From: a virus
Taxonomy: Duplodnaviria; Caudoviricetes
Strand: one strand, 5' to 3'
DNA: 33,178 bases
IMG/VR virus record: IMGVR_UViG_3300032335_000836
Coordinates: 1-33,178 of that record
A program made the position numbers and the translations under genes. Shown in pieces: positions 1 through 7,858 of this stretch. A model generated the notes under the pieces. The model was not told where the DNA came from, did no database searches, and was given only the letters and a program-made list of their open reading frames with translations. The first letter of the stretch is position 1. Each line of letters begins with the position of its first letter.

Positions 1-82
1 CCGTCGCCTCCCCTCCTCTAAAACGGACAGGAGGGACATATGTGGACACGTCGGGCACCCCATAGGGGCAGCGCGGCCTCGA

Positions 83-334
83 CTACCAGGGGCGGGAGGT
101 GCGGACGCGCGGTGACTGCCGGACGGCGGGGGTATCCCCTCGCCTCTGGTTGCATCGCAGATGCGCGGGCCTGACGTTGTCGCGGTCGAACTCAAGCTCG
201 GGGGCCACACTCACAGGCACGACGTGGTCGCCCGAGGTAGCGCCCGGCTTGCCGCACAGCCAGCACAGGTCGCCGTCCTCCTCCAGGACTTGGGCGAGGA
301 GCTTGCGCCAGCGGTGCCCGCCGATCCTGCTCAC
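83..334 (-). CDS. HNH endonuclease (terminase-associated, HK97 gp74-like)
   Basis: CWLCG...GDHVVP...NVRPAHLRCNQRRG motif. Start at GTG 334 overlapping the upstream stop (GTGA). Sits just upstream of terS on the circular map. Confidence 0.9.
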   Translation of the reverse strand: MSRIGGHRWRKLLAQVLEEDGDLCWLCGKPGATSGDHVVPVSVAPELEFDRDNVRPAHLRCNQRRGDTPAVRQSPRVRTSRPW

Positions 335-549
335 GGTGACGTGCGCCTGGGGTGGTCTGTGTGTGCCTCGTGGGTGCATACGCGCGGGGCAGGGGAGGGG
401 GGTGGGGCGGTCTCTAGGCGGTTGCGCTCGTCGAGCAGGGAGTCGACGATGCGGCCGTAGTGCTTATCCCTAGGCGCGGTGAGCACGACCCACCACAGCG
501 CCTCGTCGATCTCGTCAATGGTCGCGATGGGCTGGGCTTGCGGCGCCAT
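331..549 (-). CDS. Hypothetical protein (72 aa, MAPQAQPIATIDEIDEALWW...)
   Basis: ATG at 549 preceded by AAGGAG RBS. Stop overlaps the HNH start. Confidence 0.65.
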   Translation of the reverse strand: MAPQAQPIATIDEIDEALWWVVLTAPRDKHYGRIVDSLLDERNRLETAPPPSPAPRVCTHEAHTDHPRRTSP

Positions 550-683
550 CGTGTCTCCTTGCAGGACGCGCACAGCACCCCGCCACATGGGGCGAGGGGC
601 TTGGATTGTCCGAGGTGATTGTGTCGGCGGGTCATCTCGCGTACGGCGAGGGGGCTGCCACGGTGTAGGACGCCGACGGCTCG

Positions 684-715
684 ATTGTAGCAGACATTTC
701 GGCCCCATATGTCAA
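684..715 (-). promoter_or_regulatory. Putative late promoter (extended -10 TGC-TACAAT)
   Basis: Minus strand TGCTACAAT at 692-684. TTGACA at 715-710 but with a non-optimal 20 bp spacer. Lies in the gap after the Zn/HTH gene. Confidence 0.5.
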
Positions 716-1644
716 GCCCCTAACGTGGTCGCGTACTCGCGGATGTCGAGGATGCGGACGAGCTGCCCGCGCTTGGCGACCTTGCCCTTGGCGATCCATT
801 TGCGGATGGTGCGCTCGTGGACTCCGGCCATCGTTGCGGCGGCCTCGACGTCGACCCACACGTCGGCGTCTCGCCCGGCCACGGCGAGGAGGCGCGTGAT
901 CTCCCACTCTCGGCCACAGGCCCGGCAGTAGACCGACTCAGCGCCGCGGCTGACCTTGAGCACCTGGGCGCAGTCCCCGTCGTCGGTGACGGTGGGGCAG
1001 GGCACGCGCCAGCCGGGCTCGGCGAGGTCGGCGTCCCACCGGGATACGGCGCGACGGCATAGGCGTATCTGGCGGGCGTACTCGGCGAGGTCGAAGCTGG
1101 GCTCGGTAAGGACCCAGTCGTGGACGGCGTGCAGGAAGCGGATCACGCCGGTCAGGGTGACGGGGGTGTGCCTAGCCCAGGAGGCGCCGTGAAGGGGGCC
1201 GGTGGCGGCGAGGCGTGCCTCGGAGGCCATGCCGTAGGGCGCTAGGCCACGGTCCTCGCGGATGATGCGCTCCCAGTCCTCTAGCAGGACGAGGAGCGGC
1301 ACGTCCGAGGATGGGTCCTCGGGGATCAGGCGCACCGAGGCGAGCTCGGGGTCTAGCGCCTCGACGACGAGCGGCGGGCGCGAGGAGGGGACCGAGCGGC
1401 CAGAGCCGGGCCGGTTGGGTCGGTCGACCTGGGTACATGCCTCGGCGGTCAGGTGGAGGATGGCGTCTAGGTCGCGGCTGATTCGATATCCGCATGGCCC
1501 GCAGACGTGCCCATCGTGCAGGGATCGGGTGCAAAGTACGCACACGCGAGCCCACTCGACCCCGCATCCACCGACGACTCGGCACGGGATCTGGTCCTCA
1601 CCGCGTCGGCAAGTGCTCGCGCAGTCGGGATGGAGGAGGCTCAT
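712..1644 (-). CDS. Zn-ribbon plus C-terminal HTH DNA-binding protein (candidate late transcriptional regulator)
   Basis: Several CxxC pairs (CVLC, CGPC, CRAC). C-terminal VDVEAAATMAGVHERTIRKWIAKG HTH. Position before HNH/terminase. Confidence 0.7.
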   Translation of the reverse strand: MSLLHPDCASTCRRGEDQIPCRVVGGCGVEWARVCVLCTRSLHDGHVCGPCGYRISRDLDAILHLTAEACTQVDRPNRPGSGRSVPSSRPPLVVEALDPELASVRLIPEDPSSDVPLLVLLEDWERIIREDRGLAPYGMASEARLAATGPLHGASWARHTPVTLTGVIRFLHAVHDWVLTEPSFDLAEYARQIRLCRRAVSRWDADLAEPGWRVPCPTVTDDGDCAQVLKVSRGAESVYCRACGREWEITRLLAVAGRDADVWVDVEAAATMAGVHERTIRKWIAKGKVAKRGQLVRILDIREYATTLGA

Positions 1645-1769
1645 AAGGGGCGATTCCCCTCACGCGCGAGACTAAGAGAGGTAGTCCTACTTAGGTGACC
1701 ACCCTCTCCTCTCAGTCCTCTCCTCTCCTCTCCTCTCCTCTGCATTGCGCTAGGCATTGCTCTAGGCAT
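1641..1769 (-). CDS. 42-aa ORF resembling the separated C-terminal linker of the replication initiator
   Basis: GGAGGT SD at 1780-1775, ATG at 1769, MPRAMPSAMQRRGEERRG... Its TGA overlaps the ATG of the next gene at 1644. Confidence 0.5.
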   Translation of the reverse strand: MPRAMPSAMQRRGEERRGLRGEGGHLSRTTSLSLAREGNRPL

Positions 1770-1821
1770 TGCTTACCTCCGATGCTGTAGGCATTGCTGT
1801 AGGCATTGCGTTAGGCATTGC
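1703..1821. repeat. Iteron-like array (5x TAGGCATTGC, 12-bp period) plus (CTCCT)n tract; putative replication origin
   Basis: Copies at 1751, 1763, 1788, 1800, 1812 and a partial at 1741. Polypyrimidine/polypurine tract at 1703-1740. Lies at the 3' end of the initiator gene, as in lambdoid ori. Confidence 0.75.
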
Positions 1822-2169
1822 CTGGCGCTTCCCCCAACGGGCCTCGGCCATCGCCCTCATCCGGGCCGTGCGCTTCTCGGTCTCGGCGTTGGTCTGTTGA
1901 TAGTCGGCCCAGTCGTGGATCACCCAGCCCCCAGGACAGGCCCGCCACAGGCCCACGTCGACAAGTCGGTCGGCGTCTGACTGGCGGCCGTGGATCATCA
2001 TCAGCGCGGGGGAGGGGATGAGCCCGTCGGTGCCTTGCTCCCCGGCGTAGGACAGCGAGCAGACGTAGACGAAGGCGGCTCGATGGCCGTCCTTCATGGC
2101 GAGGAGCGTGAGTATCTTCTGATTGCGGGGCATCGCCGTATCAAGGCGCACCCATGCAAGAGTGCTCAC
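1762..2169 (-). CDS. Phage replication initiator, N-terminal DNA-binding domain
   Basis: AWVRLDTAMPRNQKI...GTDGLIP...LVDVGLW...GWVIHDWADYQ...RW pattern typical of actinophage initiators, followed by iterons. Confidence 0.75.
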   Translation of the reverse strand: MSTLAWVRLDTAMPRNQKILTLLAMKDGHRAAFVYVCSLSYAGEQGTDGLIPSPALMMIHGRQSDADRLVDVGLWRACPGGWVIHDWADYQQTNAETEKRTARMRAMAEARWGKRQAMPNAMPTAMPTASEVSNA

Positions 2170-2465
2170 GAGGCGGCCTCCTCTGAGTGGCGCCGGTAAA
2201 CGTCCACAAGTGCACCAATGGGAAACTCGGCCTCCAATAGGACAGCGGCCTTACCGTCGCGATATCCACGCGAGTAGTCATCCGTGGCGTGCTGCTGTAG
2301 CGCCAGACCTAGGGCGATGCAGGCGACGTCAAGTTGCCCGTAGCCCTTGATGGGCAGGGCGTCGGTCGCCAGAGCTCGCAACTCAGATACGAGCTGTACG
2401 GCAGGCGTCCACGGCTCACCTAATAGTTGCAGTCCTGCCTCGCGCGCTTTTTTGTAGTCAACCAT
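2166..2465 (-). CDS. Hypothetical protein
   Basis: 99-aa ORF coupled to both neighbours. Confidence 0.65.
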   Translation of the reverse strand: MVDYKKAREAGLQLLGEPWTPAVQLVSELRALATDALPIKGYGQLDVACIALGLALQQHATDDYSRGYRDGKAAVLLEAEFPIGALVDVYRRHSEEAAS

Positions 2466-2899
2466 CAGAAGGGCACCTCGTCGAGTCCGACGGCGCCGTG
2501 TGCCCAGGGATCGTCAGCCGCGGGAGTGGCCTTGGGGCCGCCCTTGGACGCCTTGGAGACCTTGACGGTGTCCCACTTGAGGTCAGGTCCCACAGCGTCG
2601 GCGGTGATCTCGTAGTCGGTGCGCTTCTCGCCCTCGCGGGTCTCGTAAGTACGCGAGGAGACCCTGCCGACGGCGATGACGCGCTGACCCTTGGCGAGGC
2701 TGTCGCCGACGTGCTCGGCGAGGCGGTCCCAGACGGTGACCTTCCAGAAGGTGGCGTCGCCGTCCTTCCAGGTGCCGTCGGTGTCCTTGACGCGCTCGGA
2801 TACAGCGACGCGCAGACTCGCGACGGCCTTGCCGGACGCGGTGAAGCGGAGCTCTGGGTCGGCGGTGAGGTTGCCGACGATAGAGATGGGCGTGGTCAA
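2465..2899 (-). CDS. ssb: Single-stranded DNA-binding protein
   Basis: IVGNLTADPELRFTASGKAVA OB-fold start, DDPW motif and acidic DEVPF tail. Confidence 0.96.
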   Translation of the reverse strand: MTTPISIVGNLTADPELRFTASGKAVASLRVAVSERVKDTDGTWKDGDATFWKVTVWDRLAEHVGDSLAKGQRVIAVGRVSSRTYETREGEKRTDYEITADAVGPDLKWDTVKVSKASKGGPKATPAADDPWAHGAVGLDEVPF

Positions 2900-3054
2900 G
2901 GTGTCTCCCCTGGGATGTAGTGGTGGTCGGTGTAGTGGGTCGTCCAGCCGTGGACGCCTCCGAGGCCGTCAAGGCCGCACAGGAGGCAGGACCACCGCTG
3001 GTAGAGCTGGGCGCGCTTCTTGCCCGCGGGATGCCGTGGGCTCGGTGTGCTCAT
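2896..3054 (-). CDS. Small C2H2-like zinc-finger protein (52 aa)
   Basis: WSCLLCG...HYTDHH. ATGA overlap with the upstream gene. Confidence 0.55.
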   Translation of the reverse strand: MSTPSPRHPAGKKRAQLYQRWSCLLCGLDGLGGVHGWTTHYTDHHYIPGETP

Positions 3055-3389
3055 GCGGCGCCCTGGTAGATCAGGGACCGCCACACGCGCACGGGCCGGG
3101 CGTGGCACGCGGCGCGCTCGGACGGGCGATAGGTGTCGGTCGCAGTGACCCAGCCCTCGGCGGCGGCCTTCTTGAGCATGGCGCCCAGGGCGCGGGGCTC
3201 GTGTGTCCCGAGGTCATCGTCAAGCAGACGCCAGACGTCGTCCGAGGTGAGCTCAGGACGGAACGCGGCGATTCCCCAGATGACGTCGAGGACGTGACGC
3301 TTCCAGTCCGAGTCAGCGTGACGCTCGACGCGGTCAATGGCCTCGGCTTGGGCGGCGAGCGCGTCAAGGAGGTCGCCCTGGCCGGTCAT
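3051..3389 (-). CDS. Phage hypothetical, probable winged-helix protein
   Basis: LTSDDVW...HEPRALGAML...HARPVRVWRS. ATGA coupling at 3389. Confidence 0.65.
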   Translation of the reverse strand: MTGQGDLLDALAAQAEAIDRVERHADSDWKRHVLDVIWGIAAFRPELTSDDVWRLLDDDLGTHEPRALGAMLKKAAAEGWVTATDTYRPSERAACHARPVRVWRSLIYQGAA

Positions 3390-3643
3390 AGGACGGCCTC
3401 TAGGAGGAGGCGGCGGCGCTCGGCGGTGACCCACGGCGGGTCCTTGGGGGCGTAGTGCTCAAGGGCGCGAGCGCGTTCACGGACAGCCTCGCCGAAAGCG
3501 ACCGCCGTGCGCGGTGTGCGGACCTCGCGCCGGATGTTGTCGTCGGTCTCGCGCAGGATGCGCCAGATGGCGCGGCGGGCCTTCTCGCGCTGGCGGGGGG
3601 ACATCTCCCGCAGCTCGCAGGGGGTGGGCATGAGGACAGGCAT
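3386..3643 (-). CDS. Hypothetical protein
   Basis: 85-aa ORF coupled to whiB and to the downstream gene. Confidence 0.65.
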   Translation of the reverse strand: MPVLMPTPCELREMSPRQREKARRAIWRILRETDDNIRREVRTPRTAVAFGEAVRERARALEHYAPKDPPWVTAERRRLLLEAVL

Positions 3644-3903
3644 CAGGCCACCGTCCTAGCGGCGGCGATGAGGTTGCGCCGCTGCGCGGGTGTCTTGCCG
3701 CCCCAGATGCCCTCGCGCTCGGGGGTGGTAAGCGCGTGCTGGAGGCAATCGCGCTGGACGGGGCAGGACTCGCAGACCTCTAGTGCGAGCTTGCGGGCCA
3801 GGTCATTAGGGTCGTCGACCCACCAGAGCTCCGGGTCATAAGGCGCGCACGCGGCGCTCGTCGACCACTCGTCGCGGATCAGGACATCATGTAGACGGCT
3901 CAT
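3643..3903 (-). CDS. whiB: WhiB-family Fe-S transcription factor
   Basis: Four Cys (AAC...CESCPVQRDC) and the GIWGG turn motif. Confidence 0.95.
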   Translation of the reverse strand: MSRLHDVLIRDEWSTSAACAPYDPELWWVDDPNDLARKLALEVCESCPVQRDCLQHALTTPEREGIWGGKTPAQRRNLIAAARTVA

Positions 3904-4339
3904 AGTTACTCTCCCCGATAGATGTGATGCGGATGACGGCGCCGCGCGGATTCGCGATGGTGGCGAACCGCTTACGGGCCGAGAGGTCGACGACGATGGA
4001 GTCGTCAGTCAGGACCGACGCCTGGACGAGCGCGTCAAGAGTGGAGCGGACGAGCTTGTCGATATCGCCGACGCTGCGCGTGCTTGGGAACAGCGGCGCG
4101 ACGGGCTTGAGATCACCGCTCGCGCGGTAGTGGCCCTGTGGGCGTTGGAAGTAGAAGGCGAGGTGGACGTCCACGGGGCCGTTGAGCAGGAGTCCGACAT
4201 GTCCGTGGCGTTGTGCCTCGCAGACGACGGCCTCGCGCCACGGGGTGACCTTCTTGGACGCCTCCACCATGACCCCGCGACCGACGTGCCGCTTGGACCC
4301 TTGCGGCGCGGGGTAGCCGAGGACGCGCATGGAGATCAC
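3887..4339 (-). CDS. rusA: RusA-like Holliday junction resolvase
   Basis: PAPQGSKRH N-terminus and GDIDKLVRSTLDAL...DDS catalytic motif. Confidence 0.9.
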   Translation of the reverse strand: MISMRVLGYPAPQGSKRHVGRGVMVEASKKVTPWREAVVCEAQRHGHVGLLLNGPVDVHLAFYFQRPQGHYRASGDLKPVAPLFPSTRSVGDIDKLVRSTLDALVQASVLTDDSIVVDLSARKRFATIANPRGAVIRITSIGESNYEPST

Positions 4340-5127
4340 AGGCCCGCCACCGCCTCGCGGCGCTCGGTGTCCGTCACGGCCGTGTATCGCTCGGTCGTGG
4401 CGATGCTCGCGTGCCCGAGGAGTTCCTGGGTGGCGCGTAGGTTGCGCGAGCCCGCATAGACGCGGGTGGCGAAACGGTGCCGCAGAGTGTGGGTGGACAG
4501 CCCCGGCCCTAGGTACGGCTTCACCATGCGGCCGAGCGTCGTCGGGGTCACGGGCTTGTCCCCGTTGGGAAACAGGTAGCCGCCCTTGGCCTTAGCCTCA
4601 GTCATGGGCTCGACGAGTGCCTCGGCCAGCGGGACCACTCGTGTCCGGCCACCCTTGCCGGTGATGCGGAGCGTCATCGCCTCCAGGTCAATCATGTCGG
4701 CGTGCAGTCCGGCGATCTCCGCGCGACGTAGCCCCGCGTAGGCACCCAGTAGGAGCGCGACGCGGGTGCGAGGGTCCGCACTCGCGAGGGCGTGCTCTAG
4801 CACCGACTCGGGGCAGGGCTTGGGCGCTCCCGGTGGGACGCGGACCGACATCGTGTCGGCTGCCGGGTCGTCGGTACGGTGGCCCATCTTGCGCGCCCAG
4901 GTGAAGAACGTTGTCAGGGCCGAGCGCGCGGAACGGCGCGTGGCGGGCTTCCATGCCGGGTTATGCGACAGCCACGCGATGATCTCCTGTGAGGTGCATG
5001 TCTGGAGATCGTGTGTCGCGCCAAAGCGGTTGAGGTAATTGCGCTTGAGTCCGCGCGTGCCCGGTGACATGGACCCGGCCTGACAGTAGGAGTCATACAG
5101 GGCTATCAGTTCAGAGTTGCGCGACAC
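4336..5127 (-). CDS. Minimal tyrosine recombinase/integrase (263 aa, no arm-binding domain)
   Basis: GLRRAEI (R), GKGGRTR (K), HTLRH, LGHAS, TERY (Y). Start taken at GTG 5127 after a GAGGAGG RBS. Confidence 0.92.
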   Translation of the reverse strand: MSRNSELIALYDSYCQAGSMSPGTRGLKRNYLNRFGATHDLQTCTSQEIIAWLSHNPAWKPATRRSARSALTTFFTWARKMGHRTDDPAADTMSVRVPPGAPKPCPESVLEHALASADPRTRVALLLGAYAGLRRAEIAGLHADMIDLEAMTLRITGKGGRTRVVPLAEALVEPMTEAKAKGGYLFPNGDKPVTPTTLGRMVKPYLGPGLSTHTLRHRFATRVYAGSRNLRATQELLGHASIATTERYTAVTDTERREAVAGL

Positions 5128-5338
5128 GGTCGGCCTCCTCGCGCTCGGCGCTGTCGTACAGGAAGGGGAGTAGCTCGTAGATGACCTCCGCACACTTGAC
5201 GTCCGCGAGGGTGTTGCCGAATAGGAAGATCGCCCGCGACACTCGCGCGCGCTCCTCGGCGAGGACGGTGTCGCGGGTGCTGCGAATCGCCGTCTCAATG
5301 GCGTCGGCTACTTGCTTGGAGTTGTAGAGGCTGCTCAT
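5111..5338 (-). CDS. Hypothetical protein (75 aa, MSSLYNSKQ...)
   Basis: ATGA overlap with the upstream gene and AAGGAG RBS. Confidence 0.65.
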   Translation of the reverse strand: MSSLYNSKQVADAIETAIRSTRDTVLAEERARVSRAIFLFGNTLADVKCAEVIYELLPFLYDSAEREEADRVAQL

Positions 5339-5811
5339 CGCGCGCACTCCTTGGGGTAGATGGAGCGGGCGTAGGCGTAGGGCTGCCAGATCAGCGCCCA
5401 TTGCGTCGCGCTCGTCCACATTGAGTAGTGAGTCGTGTCCATGCCGCGGCCGTCTGAAGTGAGTCCCCAAGGCCGCCAGTAGGTGCCGCGGTCGGTCATG
5501 TGCAGATAGACGATGCGGCTCTGTCGCGCCGGATTGAGCATGGCTGCGCGCGACCACCATCGGCTACCTGAGTGCGCCGACGTCTGGACTTGCCACATGC
5601 CTAGGGCGCCCGTGTACCAGGGTGAGGACTCGTCGAGGTTGCGATGCTTGGATTCGCGATGGGTGATACTCCACGCGATGCGATTGCGCTCGCCCTTGAA
5701 TCCCGCCCGCCACAGCATCAGGGCGGCGCGGTCCTTGCATTGGGCTGGGGGAGTGGGCTTGGCCTTGGGCGGCATCGCGAGGACGAGGCCCATCGCCATC
5801 TCGGCGATCAC
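5335..5811 (-). CDS. Lytic transglycosylase (SLT/lysozyme-like) with hydrophobic N-terminus
   Basis: ITHRES (catalytic Glu), ALGMWQV, LNP and WRPW motifs. Confidence 0.75.
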   Translation of the reverse strand: MIAEMAMGLVLAMPPKAKPTPPAQCKDRAALMLWRAGFKGERNRIAWSITHRESKHRNLDESSPWYTGALGMWQVQTSAHSGSRWWSRAAMLNPARQSRIVYLHMTDRGTYWRPWGLTSDGRGMDTTHYSMWTSATQWALIWQPYAYARSIYPKECAR

Positions 5812-6083
5812 AGCGGGTCCTCGCGGTCGCCGTCCCCGATCTCAGGGGAGTCGTCTAGGCGCGCCCAGACCGCGGCCTTCATGCGCTGGACGCGGTCCTC
5901 TTGGATGGCCGGGTCCATTGCGGCGATCTCGACAGCGGCAAGTCGCAGCTCGCGGGCGATCTCGGCGTATTCCAGCGCCGCGCGCGTGGAGTCATAGCCG
6001 AATCGCTGCCCAAAGTCGACCGCCAGTTTGGCGGCCTGCTCATTATTCGCGGCCATCTGGAGAAGGTCAGACACGCCCATCAC
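5808..6083 (-). CDS. Hypothetical protein
   Basis: 91-aa ORF coupled on both sides. Confidence 0.65.
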   Translation of the reverse strand: MMGVSDLLQMAANNEQAAKLAVDFGQRFGYDSTRAALEYAEIARELRLAAVEIAAMDPAIQEDRVQRMKAAVWARLDDSPEIGDGDREDPL

Positions 6084-6346
6084 TCACCGTCCTCGGGACG
6101 GCCGTGCATGACGTACACATTGGACGAGCGCGCGGGCTGGCGCTTGAGGTTGCCCGCCTCATCGCGTGACTCTTGGAGGTAGTGCAACGTCTCCAGGAGC
6201 GCCCAGGCACCGATCCACACCGGCACGCCCCAGGCGATACCGACCAGAATGTTGTAGAGGGGCGCGTCGGTGTGTCCCGCGCCTAGGCCGGTGGCGATGC
6301 CTCCGGCGATGAGCGCCCAAGTGAGGCGCCGCTCGGCTGATCTCAT
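6080..6346 (-). CDS. Small membrane protein (2 predicted TM segments)
   Basis: Two hydrophobic stretches. ATGA overlap with the recombinase stop. Confidence 0.65.
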   Translation of the reverse strand: MRSAERRLTWALIAGGIATGLGAGHTDAPLYNILVGIAWGVPVWIGAWALLETLHYLQESRDEAGNLKRQPARSSNVYVMHGRPEDGE

Positions 6347-7197
6347 GTCGTGGCCTCCTTGAGTGCGGCCCGTGCCTCGGCTGCGCGTGCGGCGACGTCG
6401 ACATCGGACTCGGGCTCGGGGATGAAGGGCGGGGGGATAGGTGTCGCGGACTTGAGGGCGGCGACCTTGGCCGTGATGTCGGGGCCGTACAGGTCAATGA
6501 CGTCGGCGGCTTTGGCCTCGGCCCACAGGCTCCGCAGCGTGGCGACGTCGGTGGCCGAGGCGATCTCGCGAGCCCAGTCGCGCTCCGATGACGAGGTGTC
6601 CTCCTCGACCACCTCGGCGTCGACAATGTCGGCGGGCTCAGGTGTCAGGTCGGGCGCGAGATCGGCCGGTGCCATCTCACCGTCAGCGGTGACGACGACT
6701 GACGCGCCGAGCTCCTCCGGGGTGTAGATGACGCCGCTCAGGGCTTCCTGGCAGGCGTCGCGCGCGACCTCAGAGATGGCGCGAGCCTTGAGCATGGCGG
6801 CGGGGTAGGACTTCCAGACGCCCTTACCCGCCAAGCCTGCGGCCTTGGCCCGCTCCATCGTCCACACGCTGCGGAAGGTGAAGTCGGGATCATCAGCGCG
6901 CACGATCTCGGCGACGGCCTGGGTGTCGTCACCCGTGACGCGCAGCTTGTGTCCGGCGCGGCGCACGAGTGCCGACATGAGGCCCGCGGATGCCGTGGGC
7001 TTGCCGTCGACAATGTGGACGCCAGAGATCGCCGTCATGGTGGGGATGCCAAGGGCGTCGGCGTATTCCATCGCGAGCAGGAGATTGGCGGGCTGGCCCT
7101 GGTACGCCTTAGGCAACAGGCCCGCCTGGGCGAGGTGCTTGGCGTAGGTGACCTTGGAGTCCAGCGCGCTCGGCGCGATACGGGCGACGTCGCTCAT
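6343..7197 (-). CDS. RecT/Redbeta-like single-strand annealing protein
   Basis: LLPKAYQGQPANLLLAMEYADALG...IVDGKP...WKSYPAAMLKARAISEVAR...YTPEEL. Start at ATG 7197 (ATGA overlap). Confidence 0.85.
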   Translation of the reverse strand: MSDVARIAPSALDSKVTYAKHLAQAGLLPKAYQGQPANLLLAMEYADALGIPTMTAISGVHIVDGKPTASAGLMSALVRRAGHKLRVTGDDTQAVAEIVRADDPDFTFRSVWTMERAKAAGLAGKGVWKSYPAAMLKARAISEVARDACQEALSGVIYTPEELGASVVVTADGEMAPADLAPDLTPEPADIVDAEVVEEDTSSSERDWAREIASATDVATLRSLWAEAKAADVIDLYGPDITAKVAALKSATPIPPPFIPEPESDVDVAARAAEARAALKEATT

Positions 7198-7472
7198 CGC
7201 AGCGTCACCCCCTGGCGCGCGGCGACGACGCCGAGGCCCGTCTGGAGGTTGTGGATCAGCCACGACGCGGCGGCCTTGGAGAGCGTCTCGTACACGCCGT
7301 CCCAGTCCTTGCCGAGGACGAGGTGACAGGAGTCGTCCCACGTCGGCGGGTTGCCTGCCGTCCTGTTGAGGTAGCGCAGCATCTTCAGTTGGGCCGGGGT
7401 GATGCGCTCCAGCGCGGCGTATGTCATGTCCCCGCCTGTGGGGACGTTCTTGGGATTCTGGGGTGGTGCCAT
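7194..7472 (-). CDS. Hypothetical protein, first gene of the early operon
   Basis: ATG at 7472 after AAGGGGG. Contains ITPAQLKML...LSKAAASWLI small helical motif. Confidence 0.6.
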   Translation of the reverse strand: MAPPQNPKNVPTGGDMTYAALERITPAQLKMLRYLNRTAGNPPTWDDSCHLVLGKDWDGVYETLSKAAASWLIHNLQTGLGVVAARQGVTLR

Positions 7473-7513
7473 TTGGGCCCCCTTGGGTCCGTTGTCCAAT
7501 CGGATAAGGAAGG

Positions 7514-7588
7514 GGGCGGGCGCGATGGATGGACAGAGGGACCACCGCGCCCGCCCGAGCCGGTCCCCAGAGGGGGGTCGGAGACCGG
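7514..7588 (-). promoter_or_regulatory. Two tandem stem-loops in the early operon leader
   Basis: 7514-7528 pairs with 7542-7556 (15 bp, one G-U). 7560-7568 pairs with 7580-7588. Confidence 0.5.
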
Positions 7589-7858
7589 GGTCAGGTGCTA
7601 GGCGCGATGTCCGCTTTTTGGGGATTTGGTCACAATTGGGTACGGGCTGGCGTGTCGCTCTGTCATGGAGAGCCCCCTCGGCGTACGTTCCGCGTGAGGG
7701 TCCTAAATGCCGATAACGTACAGATCGGTCGGATTCGGACACGCACGCGGATTGAGTTATGTCAAGACCTAAATCTGATTGCTGACCGGTCAAATGTCAA
7801 GGATCCTCTAAGGGCGTGTCGCAGATCGCGGCACCGCCCACTAGGGGAGGTAGTGGCC

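Noticed and set aside
1689-1764. TAG read-through or recoding extending the initiator (SNA*SNA*RNAEERRG...)
   Set aside because: TAG is the normal stop of many genes here (capsid, HNH, wedge), no suppressor tRNA is visible, and the +1 frame explains the region better.
1741-1821. Regular short repeats as a possible CRISPR array
   Set aside because: 10-bp units with 2-bp spacers and no cas genes. They fit iterons.
7194-7793. Long upstream extensions of ORFs in the track (199-aa and 400-aa versions, 233-aa plus-strand ORF from 7529, terL from 32807)
   Set aside because: Downstream starts with an RBS or stop-start overlap fit better, and the extensions run through hairpin-rich control DNA or other genes.
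709-7801. ATGTCAAG as a genome-wide operator (709, 7759, 7794)
   Set aside because: It also occurs inside coding regions (near 9228 and 29408) and is simply the complement of a TTGACA-containing 8-mer. Too short to support alone.
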